From assembly GCF_001194135.2 (NCBI RefSeq), contig NC_068987.1, forward strand, positions 14,016,325 to 14,080,324: a stretch of DNA of 64,000 nucleotides, in the 5' to 3' direction. The notes beneath the pieces are model-generated. The model saw only the letters and a program-made list of their open reading frames with translations. It made no database searches and was not told the origin of the DNA. The translations under genes and the position numbers were made by a program. Positions 26,490 through 38,537 of the stretch are shown piece after piece (position 1 is the first letter of the stretch; each line of letters opens with the position of its first letter). Source of the DNA: Octopus bimaculoides (Eukaryota).

Positions 26490-26690
26490 GCCCAAAGGTG
26501 GTGAGTTGGTAGAATCGTAAGCACACTGGATGAAATGCTTAGTATTTTGCCCATTGCTACGTTCTGAGTTCAAATTCCACCGAGGTCGACTCTGCCTTTT
26601 ATTCTTTTGGGGGTCGATAAAATAAGTACCAGTTGAACACTGGGGTTGATGTAATTGACTCATCCCCACCTCCCCCAAGCTGCCATTGTG
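26490..26690 (+). mobile_element. SINE family B
   Basis: ggtggtgagttggtagaatcg...gagttcaaattccaccgaggtcgac...aagtaccagttg, the reverse complement of the 24034 copy. Confidence 0.85.
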
Positions 26691-27399
26691 GCAAAAGATT
26701 GAAATAGCTATTACCATTGGCCTGGACATATTTAAATCATTGTATTTAGATGGTTTTAAATTGTATGGACTTAAACATCTTTACCTCAGTGAGATATTTG
26801 AATCATTCATTTCAAGTTTTCTTCATACTTCTTTGGTCAAAAAGTCAACCACAGTAAAATATTGATGAGTGGTGAAGCTAGATCTCAGGATATTTGGATC
26901 TCATAAACAAGATGTCTCAAGATTGAGACAAAAATGTTATTCTGTAATGCAGATCTTTTCAAAACATGCACATAAATAACCACAGCTCAGATACAATGCT
27001 ATCTAGGAAGAGATTTCCAGTTTCAATCCCACTGTATAGTATTTGGAGCAAGTGTTTTCTCTACAGCCTCGAATCAATCTAAATCTTGTAAGTGAAACTA
27101 ACAGATGAAAATTGCAGAAATTCTGCTCAATGGACTGTATCTGATCATGGGTGGTTGAAGCTTGTGATTCATGAAAGGATTAACTTATATTCAACCAAAT
27201 ATGCATTTAAATATTACTTAAAATACAATCTCAAATTAAACACAGGAAAATAAAATTAAAAAGAAAAAATACTATTTAATCTATCGAGAGTTCACTTCAT
27301 AAAATGAAAGTGTGAAAGGCTACAAGAGAAAAACTAATCTATAATAAAAATGTTATACTTGTACATAAAATATTGAGATCAAAATTCAAAAACACATAC

Positions 27400-27580
27400 C
27401 ATTGAGTTTGTTTTGTGCTAATACAGCATCTTCTCTGCTTTTAAAGTGTACAAAGGCAAAATCTCGAATTTTTTTTACTCTTTCAATGACATCATCTTTT
27501 TTCGTAACCTCTGTAAAAACTTTTCGTATTGTATCTTCCGATGTGCTCATCATCAAATTTCTAGCATAGAGTATTTTCAC
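27400..27580 (-). CDS. A1CF: Coding exon 2, most of RRM3 ([22 protein letters not shown]...[26 protein letters not shown])
   Basis: Acceptor ttacttctcag|GTG is phase 0, matching exon 1. Donor AATG|gtatgt is phase 1. Length 181 nt. Continues the family sequence ...MAT|VKILY.RNL. Confidence 0.93.
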
Positions 27581-29510
27581 CTGAGAAGTAAATAATTGTC
27601 ACTATATATATATATTTATTTATGAAGATGGGTTTTTTAAAAGCTTTGCTTCAATATCATATATAAAAAGGAAAGAAACATTTTATCTTCCACCAATTAT
27701 GGTACTTATTTATAAGCTAGTGGGACTGAAACATTGCAAGTTAAGAAACCGTTGTTAGGTACACAACAGTACAAACCTGATACAAAATCACAAGCTTATT
27801 GGCCAGTAAGTTTGCACCTTCCAGGCCTGACCAGCTGTGGTTCTTAGCAACTACTAAAACATAAGCTCACCAATAATAATGACAGTTCTGCTGATAAATT
27901 ACAGAATTGGTTGATAAATTTATTTCTCATTTTAAACAGTTACTTCAATGTTTAGGTTTGAACTTTTACTACAATTGCTCCAATATTTAATTTTGAGCAA
28001 CAGATGCAACCAATTCCATTGACAACTGCTACCAATTGTTGTATTGACATGAAATATTCGATTGTAATTAACTTTCTCCTAATTACGTACTTTCATCTTA
28101 TAATATTATAAACAATTGTAAGGTTTAGATATTCACATCTTGCTTTTATATATTATTTCTTATTATGTATGAAAATTTATTAGATAAGACAAAGGCATCT
28201 TGCATGAAACATTAAATATCTTTTCTCTCTCACATTCCTGTGGGAGCGGCACACAATATGGTAGGGTAATAATATACACAAGTGTAAATAGTTACTGAGC
28301 AGATTTGGTCAGCAATAAAGCAAGCAAAAGATATGGCACGAAGTACATGTGTCCAAACTAGATATCACATGTTACATGCAGGTTTTCAATAAACTCTGAA
28401 AATTATTTCTCCAACTTGCTGAAAACTTAATCCTTAATAACACACCGGTACTATTATATCTCTTCTCTGGACTGTGGCCTTCCTGGAGCACTGCATTGAA
28501 AGGTTCTTAGTTAAATAAATCAACTCCAGTATAAATTTTTATTTTATCAGCCTCTTTTGTCAAACCACTAAGTTACAAGGATGTAAACAAACCAACACCA
28601 GTTGTCAAGTGGGGGAAGGGGAAGCACAAAGACACACATGTTTCTGTCAACTAAATTCACATACAAGGTTTGGTCAGCCAAGGGCTACAGTAGAAGACAT
28701 TTGCCCAAGGTGCTGCACAGTGGAACTGAACCAGAAACTACACAGCTGCAAAGCTGTTACCATTCAATGCTCAGAGTCACACTCTTTGATGCATTGTCAA
28801 TTATTGAATAGACAATAAAAAAAGCACAAGTGGAGGTTGTCCCTTGAAGCTCATTGGCAAAGTAATAAGTCAGTCTGGAAAAGATTCTCTGCAAAGTGAG
28901 TTAATACATAAGTTTAGTATTTCAAAATTGGTAATTTTACTTTCAAAATATTTTGAAATTTTTTTTTTTATAAATCTAGCCTATTTTATTTTAATCACAT
29001 GTTCTATATCATTAAAATCATATAATCTGAGTGCAAACTTAACAATTGAAAAATTTAGTGATAAGAAGAAAAAAAAAAAAGTTCACGTAAGAATTTTGTT
29101 ATCTAAGTTTTAGGGTAACATTTTGATTCAGTTTGCAGATTGATCTAAAGCACATTGATCATCTTATTTCTTACAAATGATAATGAAAACCAGATAAGCG
29201 ATTAAGAATGACACAGCAATCAAACTTAAAAAAAAAAAAAAAAGAAAAATACCTTTCATCATTTATCAAATATATTTGCTGAGATACAGAACACTTGAAA
29301 AAAAGTTTTGTGTGTATGTACGCATGCACACACACATACACAAGGATATATATATATATATATATATATGCTGAGTAATGCCAATGAATGGGACCTGTGG
29401 CATTTGCTCATGTAACTGGACTGTATGCTTACATAACTGGTGCCTGGCAATGTTGCATGACACATGTACATGAAATAAATCATTAATACTGATGCTTTCT
29501 GTGTTCCTTG

Positions 29511-29876
29511 AGTGGCTGTGTGGTAAGTAGCTTGCTTACCAACCACATGGTTCCGGGTTCAGTCCCACTGCGTGACATCTTACTCAAGTGTCTTTTACTA
29601 TAGCCTCGGGCTGACCAAAGCCTTGTGAGTGGATTTGGTAGACAGAAACTGAAAGAAGCCCATCGTATATATATGTGTGTGTGTGTGTTTGTCCCCCTAG
29701 CATTGCATGACAACCGATGGTGGTGTGTTTACGTCCCCATAACTTAGCGGTTCGGCTAAAGAGACCAATAGAATAAGTACTAGGCTTACAAAGAATAAGT
29801 CCTGGGGTTGATTAGCTCGACTAAAAGGTGGTGCTCCAGCATGGCCACAGTCAAATGACTGAAACAAGTAAAAGAG
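29511..29876 (+). mobile_element. Near full-length young SINE family A
   Basis: tRNA-like head agtggctgtgtggtaag...ggttcagtccc, internal (TA)n(TG)n, tail gactgaaacaagtaaaaga. Other copies near 3270, 3830, 6470, 25150, 28480, 33317, 38540, 39520, 42720, 51404, 58630 and 59780. Confidence 0.88.
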
Positions 29877-29909
<33 letters not shown>

Positions 29910-31659
29910 ATATGCAAACACACACACACACACACATATAATATATAGGCTGGTGAAGGTTTTGGAAATAACCTTTTCCTAGTGTTTACAATCCAATATC
30001 ATTCAAGCTTAAATTCAGATCACTTCACTGTCCTATTCTCAGATATAAACAAGCACATACACAAAGACACACACATCGAAATTTTATTATCAACCGGAAT
30101 ATTACAGGAATATTATCTTATCATCATATAATCAATACTCTTTAAGGATTTAGGTATGGTTTTTTTTTCAACTGGAATGTAAATCTCCTGATTTTGTTTA
30201 TTGTTATGGATACAAAATTTGCCTATTCCAAATATCATAAAATACCTTTGTACTCGCCAATGAGGGAGCAGCTGCTTGTGGCAAAAAATAACAGCCAAAT
30301 CTTCTTCAAATTACAGCCTATATCTTAAAAAAAGGAAGGTTACATCAGATGGAATGAAACTGTCACTGATGTGTTGCCTTTGGTAATATGTCTAGTCAAT
30401 CAGTTCTGCTCTGGGGTTTAACAATTCTTAAACGTCCACTAAAATACAACAGTAAAGGCACAAATTTGTAAGAGATAAGATTAATTGAATCAGTCAACTC
30501 TTGTATATTCAGTCAACTCTTATATATATAAGATAAATAGTCTGTCAACCAGAGTGGGATGAAAGGTAAAGTCAATCTCTAATGGGATTTTAATTCAGAC
30601 CATAAGAGAGCAAACCCATATACTTTAACCTGTTTAGCTCAGGAGTTATTTATTCTAGCATCCCTTGATTTATAACTTAGAGATAATGCCTCAAACCTAG
30701 GAGGAAAGTATAGAGTTGATTAAGGCTGTCTTCAGTTCTTGAACCCTGTAGGGACAAAAGGCAAAGCCATCCCATCCAAAATTTGAACTCAGAGCAAAAA
30801 GAGAAATAACTAAATACAGCAACTGTTCTCGCTCTCCACCTATAAAATGCAACTTTAGATCTAAAACAATTTTCTTTAAAAATCTTGTAGTAAACATAAA
30901 AAAATAATTTAAAATTGTATTTACTATGTCAACCACAAAAATGTTGGTTTCATTTCCACCAAAACAATATTATTTCCACCTAAAACTATTTTCTGAGAAG
31001 ATCTCATGGTTAAACATTCCTTTCAAGATTTAAGGTCATTTACTAAGTCAAGCAGAAAGTGCTGTTTTTTTGTTTTTGTTTTAAATTCAAGTTTTGATAA
31101 ATCAAGTTATTTAATACAAATGAAGAAAAAAATTATATTCTTTCTTTCTTGACCTATATATGATATCAACAGTATGTTGCTCCTACTCGAATCACTCCAT
31201 TTGACCCATGAATCACAGCTGAAGATAATGTCCAAAGGTTAGAATTCCTTCTCTTTCTTTTGAATCTTCTTCACACACACACACTTGTATAAATATTTAT
31301 TGCAGATTGACTTCTAAGGTATATTAGCCTTTTATCACAAAAGAAGAAAAAAAAATAGGATAAGACAACAAAGCTAAAGAAATCCTCCACACAAGGAACA
31401 TTTAAGAGGTCCTAGCTGATAGAGCCATTGGCAGGTATTTTCAAACAGTTTGTTTATATAATACACAGTATTTTCATAATAATAGGCAATAACACACATA
31501 CACACACGTGTGTGCATGCACATGCACACTCACAATGGGTAAATAAATTAGGTTATAACAACAGATGGTAATATATCAATAAGGACTCATTAGACCCATA
31601 CATATTTAGTTTCTTGATGAAAATAAAAGGTTCGCAAATCATTTGTTTCATATATTTTG

Positions 31660-31717
<58 letters not shown>

Positions 31718-31759
31718 CACACATATATATATATATCATTGAGGAAATTTCCACAAGTA

Positions 31760-32060
31760 GCACCTCTCCAACCACAGGTCCTCGTTCAGGATCCTGGACA
31801 GATGACACACCGCGTCCTTGGCCAGTCATGTATGGGGCATGAAGGACAAAGGTACTCCACACATAATCTCTTGGAAGATCCTATAAGAAATGGGCCCCTA
31901 CATCAGCAGGAGCAAGCATTGCAAGCTGTGCATAGCTGAATGGGCAAGAATATAAAAGAACTCCCTTGACCCGGGGAACATCTTAAATTCCAAGATGGAA
32001 GTCTCTGGACCCTGCTTATACTTTAGGAAATTCCTACTGAAGTTCTGGAACCCACAAGCC
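31760..32060 (+). mobile_element. Penelope-like element remnant (C-terminal part of GIY-YIG endonuclease region)
   Basis: One frame with 3 stops reads NHRSSFR..SLASHVWGMKDKG...SWKIL...CKLCIAE...ILNSKMEV..PC..RKFLL, the W..K / W.IL / C.LC..E / LN.+.E pattern of Penelope-type ORFs. Confidence 0.72.
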
Positions 32061-32539
32061 GACCATGTCGCCTACGGACAATGGTCTAACAGAGACAATT
32101 CCTTGTGTTTATTCCTTGCAGTCTTATGTTTTTTCTCTACATTTTCATATACAGAAATATATACAAGTTTTTTTTTTTCTTGGTAGAACTCAACAATAAA
32201 CAAGTGAAATGGACAAAATGGTTGAATTTTTTTAAAACTCTGCATGTATTATGTACATGTATGTGTGTAGTATATGTACATTATTTTATCACTCCAGACA
32301 GATTATGTTATCTTAACCTAGTGATACCAGTTTCTACATGTCCAAACTTTTAACAACATACCAATCTATCAACTGGTACTATTAGATTCTTTTATTTAGC
32401 CCTGATAACTTATAATCACATTTATCACTAATTCATATCACAATAAAAATAGTACTTAAAAAAACACTATGTACACACACACACAAACATTTATTTCTTT
32501 TTTGCCTGTTTAAGCTAATCTTTTAAATATAACAAAATA

Positions 32540-33129
32540 CAGGGTGGGGCAGAGAGGACAGACAATTTTGAAAAATTCACAAAATCATTAATTTTAGCTA
32601 CAAAAAATTTTTATTGACATCAATATGTGCATATTGAATTAGCATTTGTCAAAATCAAGCGTGGCAAACAACATCCATTATGTGGTGTCTGTTTTCATTG
32701 ATGCATTTCTGAAGGCATTCTTGGAAGTTGGCCTCCACTCTCTCCAGCATTGCTCTGGGTGACTTCCACATGAATAGCTTCCTTCAAATCGTCCAGTGTA
32801 TGGGGCTTATGCGCATACACACATGCCTTGAGGTTTCCCCACAAGAAATAATCACACATGGATAAATGAGGGGACCGAGGGGGCAAAAGAATATCAGCAA
32901 ACCTGGAAATGAGGCAGTCACCGAAGAGAGGGCGAAAAATGTCCATTAATGCTTTGGCTGTGTGGGCTGTCATCCCATCCTGCTGAAACCACACACATTG
33001 AATAGGCATACATTTTTGTCATAATTCAGGCACAAAGAAGTTGTTTATCATCTTAATCTAATATTCAGTGGATTTATGCTCATGTCAAATATCATACATA
33101 TAATTTTGAAGCCAAAGTTTTATTATAAA
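32540..33129 (-). mobile_element. Tc1/mariner transposon remnant with DD41D spacing (rosa-like)
   Basis: WFQQDG..HTA...PPRSPHLS.CDYFLWG.LK..VY..KP. 41 residues lie between QQD and CD. The end TA|CAGGGTGG is at 32538-32547. Confidence 0.85.
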
Positions 33130-33316
33130 NNNNNNNNNNNNNNNNNNNNNNNNNNNNNNNNNNNNNNNNNNNNNNNNNNNNNNNNNNNNNNNNNNNNNNN
33201 NNNNNNNNNNNNNNNNNNNNNNNNNNNNNNNNNNNNNNNNNNNNNNNNNNNNNNNNNNNNNNNNNNNNNNNNNNNNNNNNNNNNNNNNNNNNNNNNNNNN
33301 NNNNNNNNNNNNNNNN

Positions 33317-33509
33317 CTCTTTTACTTGTTTCAGTTATTTGACTGTGGCCATGCTGGAGCACCGTCTCTAGTCGAGCAAATCGACCCCAGGACTTATTCT
33401 TTGTAAGCCTAGTACTTATTCTATCGGTCTATTTAGCCGAACCGCTAAGTTACGGGGGTGTAAACACACTAGCATCAGTTGTCAAGCGATGGTGGGGGGA
33501 CAAACACAG

Positions 33510-33546
<37 letters not shown>

Positions 33547-33676
33547 CAATGGGCTTCTTTCAGTTTCCGTCTACCAAATCCACTCACAAGGCTTTGGTCA
33601 GCCCGAGGCTATAGTAGAAGACACTTGCCCAAGGAACCATGTGGTTGGTAAGCAAGCTACTTACCACACAGCCACT
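33317..33676 (-). mobile_element. Young SINE family A with an internal deletion of the B-box region
   Basis: Reverse complement of the 29511 copy. Lacks the gtgccacgcagtgggactgaaccc segment near 33633. Confidence 0.88.
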
Positions 33677-34446
33677 CCTACGCCTATATATATATATATA
33701 AACAAAAAAAAAAAAATGAGAGAGAGAGTCACAGCTAAAATGCCTTAGATCATAGATCTCCTTATGATCTGGGATTAAACAACAGCAGTAAAAACAAACC
33801 CTTGGGCAGCCACACAATGCCTACACATGCACATATATTTAGAATTATAACAGAATAAGAATCAACCAGCATAAATGAAAATCTGGCTCAGCATATTCTG
33901 TTTACTCATTATTATTAATTTTCATGTTCTGAGTTTGAATAGAAGTTGACTTCACTTTTCATACATTTGAAGTTGATAAAATAAGGATCAGTCAAGTACT
34001 AGTGTTGATGCAATCAACTAGACCCCTTCCCACAAAATTTCAGGACTAGGGCCTACATTAGAAAGGACTATTATTAGTTTTTGCTTTTTAGGTTTCTGTT
34101 GATTATAAATTGATTACAAATAATTTCGCACGTTTTATATCTAACTACATGAACCATGCTTATTCTTTCAGACAAATTCCCTCCCTCGGTAATTTATAAC
34201 TTATAAATAAATGTTTATCTTTTAGAACAGGTCATTTTAATTCTGTTAATTAAAATTTTTGTCATGCACAAAAACAAATTTTATCTTTCTTTTCTTTCCT
34301 TATCATAAGAATTTTGCAGTTTATCTTCACAAAGTAAGTCCATATAAGCTAGTTTAATTTTAGTTTCTTTGTTCAATAAGGTGAGCACGAATAGAAATTA
34401 GAATATTCAAGAATAAGAGTTTGCAACTTTTTTCTTTCTATGTGTT

Positions 34447-34540
34447 CAAAATTTCCCCAAGACACCTGATGGAGGCTGAAAAGTGTTAACAACAAACAAG
34501 ATGAGGACAAATATCTGTCAAATGTAAATAACGTAAATAA
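34447..34540 (+). repeat. Second copy of the hammerhead-bearing repeat seen at 37848-37950, internally deleted
   Basis: aaatttccccaagacacctgatg..ggctg..gtgttaacaacaaacaagatgaggacaaatatc.gtcaaatgtaaataa is shared with 37848-37950. Confidence 0.85.
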
Positions 34541-36250
34541 AAAAATGGGTGGTTAAATAACCACAAAATAAATACCCTCCAAATGTAGTTGTATTTGAAA
34601 TGTTGATATCACACATGGAGCCTCTATGTCCTGTGTAAGCCACCTAGCCTGTTAGAAATAATAACCAAATCTCTCATAAATCACACGACCTGTCTTCATT
34701 AAAAGGGTAGGATATATCAAATAAAGTAATACTACAAAAGAAAGTACCTCTCCTGTACACTTTCTAGAGTGAATGGTGAGTGAGCAGAGAGATCCCCTAG
34801 TATTATTTCACTAAAGACTTGACAACACCCATAAAAATTACACCCAATACAGACTGTAATATGGATGACAGATGAGCAAAGAAAGCACAGGCTGGTGATG
34901 TCCCTCTAGTCTTGTCATACTGAGCACTTATCAATCTCTCTAGGGTTGGTGCTATAAGAAAATGCACCCAGTACACTCCGTAAAGTGGTTGAGGATAGGA
35001 AGAATATCCAACTTTAGAAATAAAACCAAAATACATTCATGAATACAAGTCTATTTGAGAAGAGGCTCTCAATAAGAAAGGGCTCAAGTTGTGATGAGTC
35101 ATCTAAGCCATGCCGACATAGAAAGCAAATGTAAAATAAGGATGAAGATGAGGAGTCCTATATACCTTTAAAAAGAATGGATGGTCATGGGTGGAATAGA
35201 ATACCTATGATTATTGGTTTCTGTATATTGAGATTTAAAAGCTAGAAGCTATATGTATTATCTACAATGCTGCTGAGAAACAAAATAAATGTTTTCCTTG
35301 TAATAAAAATCTGTATTTTCTAACCTAAGATGCACTTCAAAACAAAAACAGTAAACTCATTTCACATAATGAAATAGGACATCCTGTTACTAATTATTTT
35401 CATAATAGGAACAACTACAATCCAAATTCAAGTCTTTGTTGAATCAACTATTTCATATTTAAAATTCATACTCATGTTTCAGACATATATATTTTGGTTC
35501 TTTTTTTGCATATAAGTTAATTTTATGTAGCGTGTCACAGATGGTTCTCAATGATAAGCTGTTGGATCTATTTATAAGAGCTGAAATCTGAGAGGTTAGT
35601 GACACAAACCAATCTGTGAAAAACAAACAAACAAACAAACAAACAAAAAAGCACAAAAATCCCTATACCTCAGGTAACTAATATATTTAAGAAAATAATG
35701 TATGACATAAACTTACAATGCTACCTCTTGCCTTATCAGAAGTTTATACCAACTTTCATAGCCAATTAAACTGCAGCAGATAGACTACCCCATTACTGTA
35801 CAATTTAACATAATAAAATGTTGCACTTAAATTTGATATTAATGTTGAAAATTAATCCAAAGAATATGAATAATCACTAATTAAACATTAACAGTTAGGG
35901 TTTTAAAATATTATAGAAGACATTTACAAATACTAATTAGGGAGAAAAAGATAGCAAGCGCATTAGCTGGTTCACATAGTCCATTCTAGAGTGGTAACTT
36001 AATCCATCACTTTTGATTTTTTTAACACCTTCACTTGGCACCTTGGATCCTTCAGCAGAGTCCATTCTGTTGGAAACAGCTGGTCTAGGTTTCCATTTCA
36101 AAGATAACTTCATCCCTCTCTACCATTAGTCTCAAAGGCCTTATAAATGATCATAAGCACTGCCCTTCTCTTTTGACTAAAAGATACAAAAATTTGGCTG
36201 TGACTAACCTTCACAGATTAGCATTTATCTGTTATAATCTGAATGATGGA

Positions 36251-36460
36251 AGACGTGGCCAAGTGGTTAAAGTGTTGGACTCGTGATTATAAGATTGTGG
36301 TTTAAATTACTAGACCAGACGATACGTTGTGTTCTTGAGCAAAACACTTCATTTCACATTGCTCCAGTTCACGCAGCTAGCACAAATGAATAATCCTACT
36401 ATGGACCAGCAACCTGTCCAGTGGGTAAATATAATATACACCACAGAAACTGAGAAACCA
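36251..36460 (+). mobile_element. tRNA-derived SINE with a different body
   Basis: Head gacgtggccaagtggttaaagtgttggactc...ggtttaaattac, followed by ttgagcaaaacacttc..tgctccagt. Confidence 0.65.
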
Positions 36461-37860
36461 GCCCTTATGAGTCCATTGGGTTTGAGAAGTTATAATCTGA
36501 ACCACACAAATTATCTTTTATCATGCTAGCTGAGCCTTACACGAATACAATTAAATTAGTTAAAAGTTAATTTTCAGAAAATTGGAAAGAACCCTCCTTT
36601 GATGCAATCAAACATGTTCCAAAATAAAAAAAAAAATTTAAAAACTCAATTATTAATCAGCAGACTAAATCATGTTTCTAAAATGAAGATTTGTGAAAAA
36701 TGAAAAGAAAGTTAGATAACGATTACACAATCCTAATCATTGGGTTTTTAGTTTTTTCTTTTTTGTTTTGTTATTTTTTTCATATTCAGATGTTTATCTT
36801 AAGTGTAGTCAAATCATTTGTATAATAAGTACAGTTCATTTCAAGGTCCAAAAACTGAAGCTTCTGTTGTATTGTTTGCTCGTTTAGTATTTATTTGTTG
36901 TAATATTTTCCTTAGGCATAAAGCAAACATTTGCGAGACGAATGTAGTCTATAAAGCCTATCCAAACATATTACGAGTACATTTATTTTATCGGCCCTGG
37001 AGGTATGAAAGGTGAAGTAGATAGATCTTGCTGTGATTTGAACTCAGAATGTAGAAAGTGGGTGGGTTATTTGCTAGTTTAATACCCCTTGTAATTGGTA
37101 TTTTCTTTAGAAACAAAGTGAAGATATGTGAGATAGCTATATTCAATTAAAGTTATCTAAACATATTGATGGTAATGGTGCTGGTATGCAATCAGTATAG
37201 ATGCTGGCATGATCAATGTACTGGAACCTGTTCACCTTCAGGAGACAGGATTGGTTGAAACAGGACCATGATAGAACAGATGCAAATGATAAATGAAACC
37301 CATAGCAAGACATCAATTTGGTTCTTTTAATAAACTTATTTACACATTTTGATGTGTCTGGGGAGAATCATACTGTCTCAATATCTAACACACTCACTGG
37401 TTCAATTTCCACTCATTTATTAATTAATTTATTTATTTTAGGCAACTGCATATGTGCGTGTGTTAAAGAGAAAGACTGAGTGTGCTTGAGAAAGAAAGAG
37501 TGAGAAAGAGAGTGTGTGTGTGTAAGAGAGAGAGAGAGAGATAGATAAAGTGTGTATCTGTGCATGATTTGATGTGATGCGATAGGATTTCAGTTATTGG
37601 ATCTCTAGTGTAGTTATTAGCCCAGTTAAGATGTGCTGGAACAGACGTTGCAAACTTGATCATCTCATCTTTTTAAGTTATAGTGCAACCAAGACTCCAT
37701 TATCTAATATCTCCATTTGTAAGATAACACACACACTACTAACCCCAAAATTCCAAGTTCGATTCCAGGCAGTGACCTGAATAGTAATAATAATAATAAT
37801 AATAATAACAACGTCAAAAATACCTTAGGAATGAGAACCCAGGTTTGAAATTTCCCCAAG

Positions 37861-37900
37861 ACACCTGATGAAGGCTGGAGGGTATATCAGCCGAAACGTT
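37861..37900 (+). ncRNA. Minimal type I hammerhead ribozyme-like motif; stem I broken in this copy
   Basis: CTGATGA (37865-71), A, stem II GGCTG/CAGCC (37873-77 / 37888-92), GAAA, C-G-T-T. Stem III is the loopless palindrome ACGT. Confidence 0.7.
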
Positions 37901-38493
37901 AACAACAAACAAGATGAGGACAAATATCCGTCAAATGTAAATAATGTACATAATTCCTCATCTCTTAAAAATAGAACTGTATTACGTTAACTGTGTTAAA
38001 CACTGTTGCATTGGGTATAAAGACAGCACAATACAAAGAGTGGACCATTCTGTATTGTCTGACTCAATCTCTACAAATCGGATAAGTCCACTGTCCACAG
38101 ACACCTAAAGCAATCTTTATTTAAATGAAAGAGTATTGTGACTTTGTTAGTGAATGACTTGAATTCTGCAAAGAAAAATAAAATAAATCCTAAACAAAAA
38201 CATACATGCCTGTTTACATTCATACACATATATATTCATGTATACAAACACATTCGTGCACAGAGTAGATGTTTTTTTAACATCCATTCTAGCATGCTTG
38301 CATGAGATGGAAGGAATTTGTTGAGGCACATTTTCTAGTCAAACACCCTTCTTGTTGCCAACTCTTGCCTGTTTTCCTCATAACCAGACATGGTGTTACA
38401 GAAGACTGGAAACAAAGGACACTGCTTGCATGACAGTGACCCACTTTTACAACTATCACACAATGTCAAGACAAGGAAATAATAACACACATG

Positions 38494-38537
<44 letters not shown>

